From the NCBI GenBank assembly GCA_946548065.1, contig CAMNPM010000007.1, forward strand, positions 1,012 through 65,011: a stretch of 64,000 nucleotides of DNA. Reading direction: 5' to 3'. Shown in pieces: positions 16,913 to 25,543 of the stretch. The stretch comes from an uncultured Prevotella sp. GTDB lineage: Bacteria; Bacteroidota; Bacteroidia; Bacteroidales; Bacteroidaceae. Numbering within the stretch: position 1 is the stretch's first letter; each line of letters opens with the position of its first letter. The notes under the pieces are model-generated. The model worked only from the letters and a program-made list of their open reading frames with translations. It did not search any database and was not told the origin of the DNA. Both the position numbers and the translations under genes were made by a program.

Positions 16913-19291
16913 TTAAAAATGCATACTTATATCCACACCCATCTGGAACGGATTACCTCTTTGGGCGAAGTAGAGCGTCTGGCCTCCGAAGTTACTGTCG
17001 ATGGCAAAGGTGTTGTAGTTGGTATTGGTCAGGTTGCGCGCCCAGACCGAGACGGTCACTGGCGACAGATCAGCATCGACATGTGCTCCCAGGACCGCAT
17101 AGAACTTCTGTCCGTAGCTGTTGGCGGCATCCCAGTATGTCTTGCCCTGCGCACGAACGTTCATACCTACCGTCAGGCTGCGCAAGGCTGCACCGCCTAT
17201 GTCGAAGCGATAGTCGGCATTGGCTGCCAGCGTATGCTGAGGCACGTAAGGCACATAGTTTTTGCTGTAGTCGACGGGTTCCAGGTTGCTGCCTACACGT
17301 ACGCTGTCGAGATAGTCCTTGAACTTGGCACGGGTGTATCCGTAGCTTACGCCCCAGTTCATGTGATTGTCGAAGGCACTACCCCTAAGTGTTGCCTCGA
17401 TACCGCAGCTGTAGCTCTTACCGGCATTGACCATAGCGCGTCCGAAGCCATACTGCGAGGCAAAGACCGACAGCTGCTGGTTGCTAATCTGCACATAGTA
17501 GGTTGAGAGGTCCAGATGAAGCATGTTTTCAAAGAGGTTCAGGTGCGTTCCGAACTCTATGTTCCACGACTCCTCGGGTTTGTACTCTATGGTCTTGCGT
17601 ATGTTGGCATAGGCATTTTCGTCGTGGGCAATATCCATATCGGCACGTGCCGACTGGGCGTTGCTGCTGAGCTCCGACTGCAGGATGTCGCTGAACATCT
17701 GCACATTGAATCCGCCAGCACGGTAGCCTTTCGACACGAGGGCATAGACGTTGCTGCCCGACTGTCCGAGACGGTAGGTAAGTCCGAACTTGGGCAACAG
17801 CTGGCGGAAGGTGGCCTTCTCGCAATGGTCGAGCATCGAGCGCACAGTAGCCTTAACGTCAGTACCCATCACGCTCATGTCCAGATGGCTCACCGCGCTG
17901 GTAGCATAGTCGATGCTGGTGCGGTTGACGTCATAGCGCAATCCCAGCGTAGCAGTCAGACGGTCGCCAAGAGCCAGGTGGGTTTCGTGATACAGTCCGA
18001 AGTTGGTCATCGGGGTATGGAAGAGTCCCGGTATGGTCTCTGTGTTCATCGTGATGTGGCATCCTCCGGCGCGAGCTATCATGGCTGCTGCTGCCTCTTG
18101 TCCCATACGCTTAGCCATCGAGTTGAGCATGCCGTAGTAGGCATAGTCTTCTATCTGCTTGCTCAGGAAGGCATTCATCTCCGGGTCAAAGAATACAGGG
18201 GCATCGGTCTTCCACCACTGGTGGGCGAAGAACACGCCCGTAGTGCCTTTCCAAATGCCGTATTGACGGCTCTTGTGCACCAGCTCCTGGGTGATGGTGT
18301 TCTGCAGCTGCTTCTCCGTCATGTGCATATAGTCGGCAGGACGATAGTCGATGTCCATCAGCATGTCATCCTTCAGCAGCTGATAGCTGCCGGTATAGGT
18401 CAGCAGTCCCCAGTCGGCATCGTAGCTGATGTCGAGCCCAGTGTTCAGCATATTGCGCTTATAGCTGCCCTGCCAGTTGGTAGAGGGTGATGCCGCACGG
18501 CAGCGGTCCTCGTCCAGCTGTCCGTAGGCGAAGCCGTTCTGGCGCACATACTGGTAGTCGGCCAGGAAGTCGATGGTGAGGCGGCTGTTGGGTTTGGCCA
18601 CCAGTCGCAGGCGTCCGCCAGCCTCGTTCGACTTGTCGGCACGTTCGTCATTGAAGCTGTTACAGAAGAATCCGTTGGTGCCGTTGTAGAAGGCAGCTAC
18701 TGACAGTGCCAGCTTGTCGCTGAACTTCTGGTAGTGTGCAGCCTCGACGGTGCGCTGGAAGTGAGTACCCAGCGACAGCCTGATGTCGGTGCCTTGATAG
18801 TTCATGGGGTTCTTTGTATAGGCACGCACCAATCCGCCCTCGGTATTGATGCCATAGAGCGTTCCCTGCGGTCCGCGCAACACGTCAACACGGTCCAGCT
18901 GGTAATAATAGCTGTTGAAGGATGACTTGCTCATCAGCGGGATATTGTTCAGATAGACACCCATCGACGGACTGTTGACACGTGACCCGATACCACGTAC
19001 ATACAACGACGAGGTATAGCGAGAACCATAGGCAGGCATCGTGAACGAGGGTACATAGTCTGACACGTCGCGCAGGTCGTATAGTCTCAGTGTAGTCATC
19101 TCACTGGCTCCAAACACCGTCGAGCTCATGGGCTGCTGGCGCAGGTTCAAATGATCTTTTGACTGCGACACCACTAAGACTTCGTCAAGGTCGTAGACAC
19201 GCGAGGAGTCGGTCAGTACTGGTTCTGTAGCTGCCGCCGCCGGCAGTAAGGCGAAAGCGGTCAGAGCTGCTGAAAACATCTTTCTCTTCAT
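16913..19291 (-). CDS. TonB-dependent outer-membrane receptor
   Basis: Start MKRKMF at 19291; LDEVLVV TonB-box region, RVDVLRGPQGTLYG plug, C-terminal F. Confidence 0.9.
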   Translation of the reverse strand: MKRKMFSAALTAFALLPAAAATEPVLTDSSRVYDLDEVLVVSQSKDHLNLRQQPMSSTVFGASEMTTLRLYDLRDVSDYVPSFTMPAYGSRYTSSLYVRGIGSRVNSPSMGVYLNNIPLMSKSSFNSYYYQLDRVDVLRGPQGTLYGINTEGGLVRAYTKNPMNYQGTDIRLSLGTHFQRTVEAAHYQKFSDKLALSVAAFYNGTNGFFCNSFNDERADKSNEAGGRLRLVAKPNSRLTIDFLADYQYVRQNGFAYGQLDEDRCRAASPSTNWQGSYKRNMLNTGLDISYDADWGLLTYTGSYQLLKDDMLMDIDYRPADYMHMTEKQLQNTITQELVHKSRQYGIWKGTTGVFFAHQWWKTDAPVFFDPEMNAFLSKQIEDYAYYGMLNSMAKRMGQEAAAAMIARAGGCHITMNTETIPGLFHTPMTNFGLYHETHLALGDRLTATLGLRYDVNRTSIDYATSAVSHLDMSVMGTDVKATVRSMLDHCEKATFRQLLPKFGLTYRLGQSGSNVYALVSKGYRAGGFNVQMFSDILQSELSSNAQSARADMDIAHDENAYANIRKTIEYKPEESWNIEFGTHLNLFENMLHLDLSTYYVQISNQQLSVFASQYGFGRAMVNAGKSYSCGIEATLRGSAFDNHMNWGVSYGYTRAKFKDYLDSVRVGSNLEPVDYSKNYVPYVPQHTLAANADYRFDIGGAALRSLTVGMNVRAQGKTYWDAANSYGQKFYAVLGAHVDADLSPVTVSVWARNLTNTNYNTFAIDSNFGGQTLYFAQRGNPFQMGVDISMHF

Positions 19292-19444
19292 TTGCTTATC
19301 TTTTATCAATTTAGTAACCTTAAAAAATGTTGGTTTAATAATGACGTGTTTAGAAATCGGGTGCAAAGGTACTACATTCCCTTTACACCCGCAATCCCCA
19401 TTTATTGGGATTTTGATGCGTAGACCGCCGTCAGGCTCTTATCT

Positions 19445-21643
19445 CTACAGGTTGCGCCCGAAGAAGCGTAGGCACTGCCGATACAGGTGCAGCCGTGTGT
19501 TGCCGCCAAAGATGCCGTGATTGCGATTGGTGTACACCAACTGCTCAAAGTCCTTGTCGGCCTGCACCAGAGCCTCCGTATATTCGGCTGTATTCCGGAA
19601 GTGTACGTTGTCGTCGGCCATACCGTGACACAGCAGCAGCGCGCCATGCAGCTTCTCGGCACGGGCTATCGGGCAGTCGTCATATCCTTGCGGATTCTCC
19701 TTGGGCGTACGCATAAATCGCTCAGTATACACCGTATCATAGTAACGCCACGATGTCGGCGGGGCGATGGCAATGCCACAACGGAACACATCGCTGCCCT
19801 CCGACATAGCCATCAGCGTATTGAAGCCACCGAACGACCAACCCCAGATGGCTATGCGGTTCTTATCCACCCACGACTGGTGCGCCAGCCACTTGGCGGC
19901 TTCCACCTGGTCGTGCGCCTCAAGCTTGCCTAGGTTCAGGTAGGTACACTTCTCAAACTCGGCTCCGCGACCTCCGGTTCCGCGATTGTCCACACACACG
20001 CAGATGTAGCCCTGCTGGCTCAGCAGCTGCTCCAGAATGGCTCCCTGACTGGCCATCCCCAGCCCCCAGGCATTCTTCACCTGCTGGCTGCCGGGGCCGC
20101 CATACTGATACATAATCACCGGATACTTCCTGGCCGGATTGAAGTCGGCGGGCTTTACCATCCACCCGTTCAACTCCACCCCGTCTTGAGTGGTCAGCGT
20201 GAAGAGTTCGCGACGGCCCATATCGTAGCCTGCCAGCTTGTCCTGCAGGGGCTGATTGTCCAACAGCGTGGCCAGCGTCTTACCCTTCTGGTCGCATAGC
20301 GTATAGACGGGCGGGGTCTGTATGTCGCTCCAGGTATGGATGAAATACTGGAAGTTCTTACTGAAGACGGCAATACTCCACCCTGCCCTCGGTGTCAGGC
20401 ACTCCCTGCGACCATCCTTGCGGGCCACCCATACGCGCTGGTCGGTGGCACCGTTCTCGTGCGAGGCAAAATAGGTATTGCCCGTAGCTTCATCATAGCC
20501 GTAAACCTCGCTCACCTCATACGCCCCGTCGTCCACCTGGCGCAGCAACTGGCCATTCATGTTATACAGATACAGATGCATCCAGCCCGTACGGTCGCTG
20601 GGCAATAGTATATGGTTCTGGCTGATCTGTATGCCTTCGACTACCTCTTCGCGAACATACTTAGGCACCTTCTCCTCTATCACCTGCCGACATACGGTAG
20701 ACAGCGGATTGCAGAGGAAGATGCGCAGACAGTCCTGATGGCGGTTCAGTGTGAACACAGCCACCTGTGCAGCATCGCTGGTCATCTTCAGTCGCGGCAC
20801 ATAGCCGTCAGCCTCTATCGGCAACTGTAGCTGTCGCGTCTGTCGGCTTGCAATGTCAAAGCTCCACACCGTTGCACGCGAGTTCTCCTCACCGGCTATC
20901 GGATACTTATAGGAATAGAAGCCCGGATAGTCGGCAAAGTCGGTCAGCTCAGGCTTCAGGCCCTTATAGAGCGGCATAGCGTATTCCTTGACCTTCGATT
21001 CGTCATAGCGCACCCATACCAGCTGGCGGCTGTCGGCAGTAAACACCATTGCGCGGGCGTTGCCAAACTCCTCTTCGTTCACCCAGTCGGGAATGCCGTT
21101 GATCACCTCGTTGCGCCTTCCGTCCTTCGTCACCTGGACCTCAGCATTGTCGTAGAGCAGCTTCACCAGGAAGATGTTGTTGTCGCGAACAAAGGCTATC
21201 TGCTGACCGTCGGGCGAAAAGAGCGGTGTCTGTTGCGGGCCGTTCTCTGACAGCGGAGCCAGACGATTGTTGCGCACTGTATATATATAATAGGTGGAGG
21301 TGAACGAATGGCGATAGATGGGGTTCGTGTCTGTCTGGATGAGTAGCCGGCTGCCGTCGGGACTCACAATATATCCCTCGATATACGGCAGGTCGGCACC
21401 CTTGGCTGTAGCCACATCAAACAGCACACCCGTTTCTTTACCCGTCTTGTACGAGTACTTCACTATGCGGCGATAGTCGGCCGAAAGCTGGGCGTACGAC
21501 TCTCCGTCGGCCAATGCCTGTACGGCAGGCATCGACTTCGGGCGGAACTCGCCTTGAGTAATATCACTCAACGTCAACTTGTTGCCTGCTGCCAGCGTTA
21601 GAGCCACGAGCAGCAAGGACATCATCACTCCAATTCTTTTCAT
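19445..21643 (-). CDS. Dipeptidyl peptidase IV (S9B)
   Basis: Start MKRIGV at 21643; DWVNEEE, GWSFGG nucleophile, DDNVH, NHGI. Confidence 0.93.
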   Translation of the reverse strand: MKRIGVMMSLLLVALTLAAGNKLTLSDITQGEFRPKSMPAVQALADGESYAQLSADYRRIVKYSYKTGKETGVLFDVATAKGADLPYIEGYIVSPDGSRLLIQTDTNPIYRHSFTSTYYIYTVRNNRLAPLSENGPQQTPLFSPDGQQIAFVRDNNIFLVKLLYDNAEVQVTKDGRRNEVINGIPDWVNEEEFGNARAMVFTADSRQLVWVRYDESKVKEYAMPLYKGLKPELTDFADYPGFYSYKYPIAGEENSRATVWSFDIASRQTRQLQLPIEADGYVPRLKMTSDAAQVAVFTLNRHQDCLRIFLCNPLSTVCRQVIEEKVPKYVREEVVEGIQISQNHILLPSDRTGWMHLYLYNMNGQLLRQVDDGAYEVSEVYGYDEATGNTYFASHENGATDQRVWVARKDGRRECLTPRAGWSIAVFSKNFQYFIHTWSDIQTPPVYTLCDQKGKTLATLLDNQPLQDKLAGYDMGRRELFTLTTQDGVELNGWMVKPADFNPARKYPVIMYQYGGPGSQQVKNAWGLGMASQGAILEQLLSQQGYICVCVDNRGTGGRGAEFEKCTYLNLGKLEAHDQVEAAKWLAHQSWVDKNRIAIWGWSFGGFNTLMAMSEGSDVFRCGIAIAPPTSWRYYDTVYTERFMRTPKENPQGYDDCPIARAEKLHGALLLCHGMADDNVHFRNTAEYTEALVQADKDFEQLVYTNRNHGIFGGNTRLHLYRQCLRFFGRNL

Positions 21644-21825
21644 ATTCTTCTTCCGTGTTAGTCCAATCATTGAAACATGTCTCTGGTTTCCCGCGACAAA
21701 GGTACGAATAAATTCTAAATTACACCGAATAAATGCAATAATAATAATTATTTTATCTACCACTTTTCACCGTTTCGCTCGCCTTTTTGCACTTTTAACG
21801 CGCAAATGGCTTGTAATTGCAAAAC

Positions 21826-21923
21826 TTTTCGTAACTTTTCCTTTGGAGAAGTTACTGTCACTCGGAAATGAAAAGAAAAGCAGGCTTTCCTTTTGCATTT
21901 CTCTCGTTTTTTCGTAACTTTGC
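21826..21923. repeat. Palindromic intergenic element flanked by 13-bp direct repeats overlapping a promoter
   Basis: TTTTCGTAACTTT at 21826-21838 and 21909-21921; inner imperfect stem AAATGAAAAGAAAAGC/GCTTTCCTTTTGCATTT; AAGTTAC/GTAACTT outer stem. Confidence 0.6.
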
Positions 21924-21954
21924 AGCGCAATTTAGAACAAGTCAGTATTGAATT

Positions 21955-22587
21955 ATGAATAAAGACAAGCAGTTTGTGATTACCATCAACCGCGAAGTGG
22001 GTTCTGGTGGCCGTACCGTAGGACGTTTGCTGGCCGAACGGTTGAAGGTGAAGTATTTCGACAAGGCACTCATTGCCAAACTGACTGAGAAATTCGGTCT
22101 GTCTGTCGAAGAAATAGAGCGCATCAAGGCTAAGAAGAAAACCTGGTGGAACGAGTTCAACACATACTACACCACCCTCATCAATAGTGCACATCTGCCG
22201 ATGGAAGGCGAAGTGAAGCTAACCACCTCCTCGATGTTTGAGACGGAGAAGGCTATCCTGCAGGAGCTGGCCCGCAAAGAGTCGTGTGTCGTGGCAGGAC
22301 GTTCTGGATTCCTCGTGTTCCGCGACTGGCCCAACACGCTGAGCATCTTCATCCAGGCATCCATGAAGCATCGTATCGACCGACTCATGACGAAGCGTGG
22401 AATCAACGAACAGGAGGCGCTGGATGTCATTCACTCGATGGACGAAAGCCGCGAGACATATATCCATAAGTACGACGACACGTCGCGCTATGATACGCGC
22501 AACTACCAGCTTGTGCTTTCGATGGACGACATGACGCCCGAAGCAGCTGTAGAGGTCATCATGGCGTACATCAGTAAGATGAGCTAA
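21955..22587 (+). CDS. Cytidylate kinase-like family protein
   Basis: ITINREVGSGGRTVG P-loop variant, CVVAGR, YQLVLS. Confidence 0.85.
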   Translation: MNKDKQFVITINREVGSGGRTVGRLLAERLKVKYFDKALIAKLTEKFGLSVEEIERIKAKKKTWWNEFNTYYTTLINSAHLPMEGEVKLTTSSMFETEKAILQELARKESCVVAGRSGFLVFRDWPNTLSIFIQASMKHRIDRLMTKRGINEQEALDVIHSMDESRETYIHKYDDTSRYDTRNYQLVLSMDDMTPEAAVEVIMAYISKMS

Positions 22588-22597
22588 GCTTTCCCGA

Positions 22598-23449
22598 ATG
22601 ATGAGCCGAGGATTGGTGTTGGAGGGCGGTGCCATGCGTGGGCTGTGGACTGCAGGAGTGACGGACGTAATGATGGAGCACGAGGTGTGGCCCGACGGTC
22701 TGATTGGCGTGTCGGCGGGAGCTGCCTTCGGATGCAACTACAAGTCGAGACAGGCAGGCAGGGCCATCAGATATAATACGCGTTTTGCGCGCGACGGCAG
22801 ATACAGCGGACTATGGTCGCTGCTGACCACAGGCAACTACTTCAACGCTGAGTTCGGCTACCATGTGGTGCCGAAGACGTATGACTTGTTTGACGACGAT
22901 GCCTTTGAGCGCAACCCAATGGAGTTTGTGGTGGTGTGTACGGACGTGGAGACGGGCGAGGCGGTGTACAAGCCGCTGACCGCTGCCGACTACGACTGCT
23001 ACGAGTGGATACGTGCCTCGGCTTCGATGCCGCTGCTGTCGAAAATTATCACCCTGGAAGGCCACAAGCTGCTGGACGGCGGGGTGGCCGACTCTATCCC
23101 GCTGGAGTATTTCGAGCATCGCGGCTACGACCGCAACGTGGTGATACTGACCCAGCCCAAGGGGTTTGTGAAAAAGCCCAACCCACTGATGCCGCTCATC
23201 AGGGTGGCACTGCGAAAATATCCCAAAATGGTAAAGGCAATGAACGAGCGTCACCTAATGTATAACAACGAGTTAGGCTATGTGGCTAAAGCAGAGGAGG
23301 AAGGTCGCTGTCTGGTAATCAGACCAGACGAGAAGATACCCATCGGCCACATCTCGCACGATGCAGAAGAGATGCTGCGGGTGTATGAGATGGGGCGCAA
23401 GGTGGGCGAACGATACATCAACAAAATAAAGGAATTCTATGCGTATTGA
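22598..23449 (+). CDS. Patatin-like phospholipase
   Basis: [16 protein letters not shown] motifs. Confidence 0.9.
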   Translation: MMSRGLVLEGGAMRGLWTAGVTDVMMEHEVWPDGLIGVSAGAAFGCNYKSRQAGRAIRYNTRFARDGRYSGLWSLLTTGNYFNAEFGYHVVPKTYDLFDDDAFERNPMEFVVVCTDVETGEAVYKPLTAADYDCYEWIRASASMPLLSKIITLEGHKLLDGGVADSIPLEYFEHRGYDRNVVILTQPKGFVKKPNPLMPLIRVALRKYPKMVKAMNERHLMYNNELGYVAKAEEEGRCLVIRPDEKIPIGHISHDAEEMLRVYEMGRKVGERYINKIKEFYAY

Positions 23450-24134
23450 CATTATTACCGTGCTGCCTGAGATGCTGGAGGGCTTCGTGCACGAGAGCAT
23501 ATTGGCAAGAGCCGAGAAGAAAGGTCTGGCAGAGATCAGACTGCACAACCTGCGCGACTACACGTTGGACAAATGGCGGCGCGTGGACGACTATCCCTAC
23601 GGCGGCTCGGCAGGAATGGTGATGCAGTGTGAACCGATAGACCGCTGTATCACGGCACTGAAGGCGGAACGCGACTACGACGAGGTCATCTTCACCTCGC
23701 CCGACGGCGAGCGGTTCGACCAGCACATGGCCAACGAGCTGTCGATGAAGGGGAACATCATCATCCTGGCCGGACACTATAAAGGAATAGACCAGCGAGT
23801 GCGCGACCACCTGATAACGCGAGAGATATCCATAGGCGACTTTGTGCTGACGGGCGGCGAGCTGGTGGCAGCCATGATAGCCGATGCGGTGGTAAGAGTG
23901 GTGCCGGGAGTGATTGGCGACGAGCAGTCGGCCCTCTCCGACTGTTTCCAGGACGACCTGCTGGCGGCTCCCATCTACACCCGTCCGGCCGACTACAAGG
24001 GTTGGAAGGTGCCTGAGATACTGCTAAGCGGCAACGAGGCCAAGATTCGCAACTGGGAGCTGGAGCAGGCTATGGAGCGCACCCGACTGCTCAGACCCGA
24101 CTTATTAAAAGAAGGAGAGAGGAATGAGGAGTGA
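23439..24134 (+). CDS. trmD: tRNA (guanine37-N1)-methyltransferase
   Basis: [38 protein letters not shown]. Confidence 0.97.
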   Translation: MRIDIITVLPEMLEGFVHESILARAEKKGLAEIRLHNLRDYTLDKWRRVDDYPYGGSAGMVMQCEPIDRCITALKAERDYDEVIFTSPDGERFDQHMANELSMKGNIIILAGHYKGIDQRVRDHLITREISIGDFVLTGGELVAAMIADAVVRVVPGVIGDEQSALSDCFQDDLLAAPIYTRPADYKGWKVPEILLSGNEAKIRNWELEQAMERTRLLRPDLLKEGERNEE

Positions 24135-24197
24135 AGAGTGTGTTAAAAAATGACAAGGCGGAAGCAAATTCTTCACTCTTCACTCTTCACTCTTCAC
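24129..24197. repeat. Heptamer tandem repeat (TCTTCAC)x4 with an inverted partial copy
   Basis: TCTTCAC x4 at 24170-24197; complementary GAGTGAAGAGTG at 24129-24140. Confidence 0.8.
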
Positions 24198-24253
24198 TTT
24201 ATTTTGTACCTTTGCAGCACTTTCACATAAGAAAACCAAACATAAAAGACAAA

Positions 24254-25534
24254 ATGGAAAGAGACAATCAGATTTTCGAGTTGATTGAGCAGGAGCATCA
24301 GCGCCAGCTCAAGGGCATTGAGCTCATTGCGAGCGAGAACTTCGTCAGCGATCAGGTAATGGAGGCCATGGGTTCCTATCTGACCAACAAATATGCCGAA
24401 GGATACCCCGGCCACAGATACTACGGCGGATGCCAGGTGGTGGACAAGGTGGAGCAGCTGGCCATCGACCGCGTATGCAAGCTGTTCGGTGCCGAGTATG
24501 CCAACGTGCAGCCCCACTCCGGCGCACAGGCCAACGCAGCCGTACTGCTGGCCGTGCTGAAGCCCGGCGACACCTTCATGGGACTGAACCTGGACCACGG
24601 CGGCCACCTGTCGCACGGCTCGTTGGTGAACACCAGCGGCATACTGTACAAGCCCGTGGGCTACAACCTGAACAAGGAGACGGGTCGCGTGGACTATGAC
24701 GAGATGGAGCGTCTGGCCCTGGAGCACAAGCCCAAGCTGATTATCGGCGGCGGCTCGGCCTACAGCCGCGAGTGGGACTACAAGCGGATGCGCGAGATAG
24801 CCGACAAGGTGGGTGCACTGCTGATGATTGACATGGCTCACCCCGCCGGTCTGATTGCAGCAGGCCTGCTGGACAATCCCGTCAAGTACGCACATATCGT
24901 CACCTCTACCACCCATAAGACGCTGCGCGGTCCGCGAGGCGGTATCATCCTGATGGGCAAGGACTTCGAGAATCCCTGGGGACTGAAGACCCCGAAGGGC
25001 GTGACAAAGATGATGTCGCAGCTGCTGAATTCGGCCGTATTCCCCGGTCAGCAGGGCGGTCCGCTGGAGCACGTCATCGCAGCCAAGGCTGTGGCCTTCG
25101 GCGAGGCCCTGCAGCCTGAGTTCAAGGAGTGGGCCAAGCAGGTGCAGAAGAATGCCAAGGTGCTGGCTGAGGAGCTGGTAAAGCGCGGCTTCACCATCGT
25201 CAGCGGAGGCACGGACAACCACTCCATGCTGGTAGACCTGCGCTCGAAATATCCCGACCTGACCGGTAAGGTGGCTGAGAACGCCCTGGTGGCAGCCGAC
25301 ATCACGGTGAACAAGAACATGGTGCCTTTCGACACCCGCTCGGCCTTCCAGACCAGCGGCATACGTCTTGGTACCCCCGCCATCACCACGCGCGGAGCCA
25401 AGGAAGACCTGATGGTACTAATTGCCGAACTCATTGAGGAAGTGCTCAACAATCCTGAGGACGAGCAGGTGATAGCCAGCGTTCGTCAGCGCGTCAATGA
25501 GAAGATGAAGGACTATCCGCTCTTCGCATATTAA
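24254..25534 (+). CDS. glyA: Serine hydroxymethyltransferase
   Basis: Start MERDNQ at 24254; [28 protein letters not shown]. Confidence 0.97.
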   Translation: MERDNQIFELIEQEHQRQLKGIELIASENFVSDQVMEAMGSYLTNKYAEGYPGHRYYGGCQVVDKVEQLAIDRVCKLFGAEYANVQPHSGAQANAAVLLAVLKPGDTFMGLNLDHGGHLSHGSLVNTSGILYKPVGYNLNKETGRVDYDEMERLALEHKPKLIIGGGSAYSREWDYKRMREIADKVGALLMIDMAHPAGLIAAGLLDNPVKYAHIVTSTTHKTLRGPRGGIILMGKDFENPWGLKTPKGVTKMMSQLLNSAVFPGQQGGPLEHVIAAKAVAFGEALQPEFKEWAKQVQKNAKVLAEELVKRGFTIVSGGTDNHSMLVDLRSKYPDLTGKVAENALVAADITVNKNMVPFDTRSAFQTSGIRLGTPAITTRGAKEDLMVLIAELIEEVLNNPEDEQVIASVRQRVNEKMKDYPLFAY

Positions 25535-25543
25535 AAAAGAATA

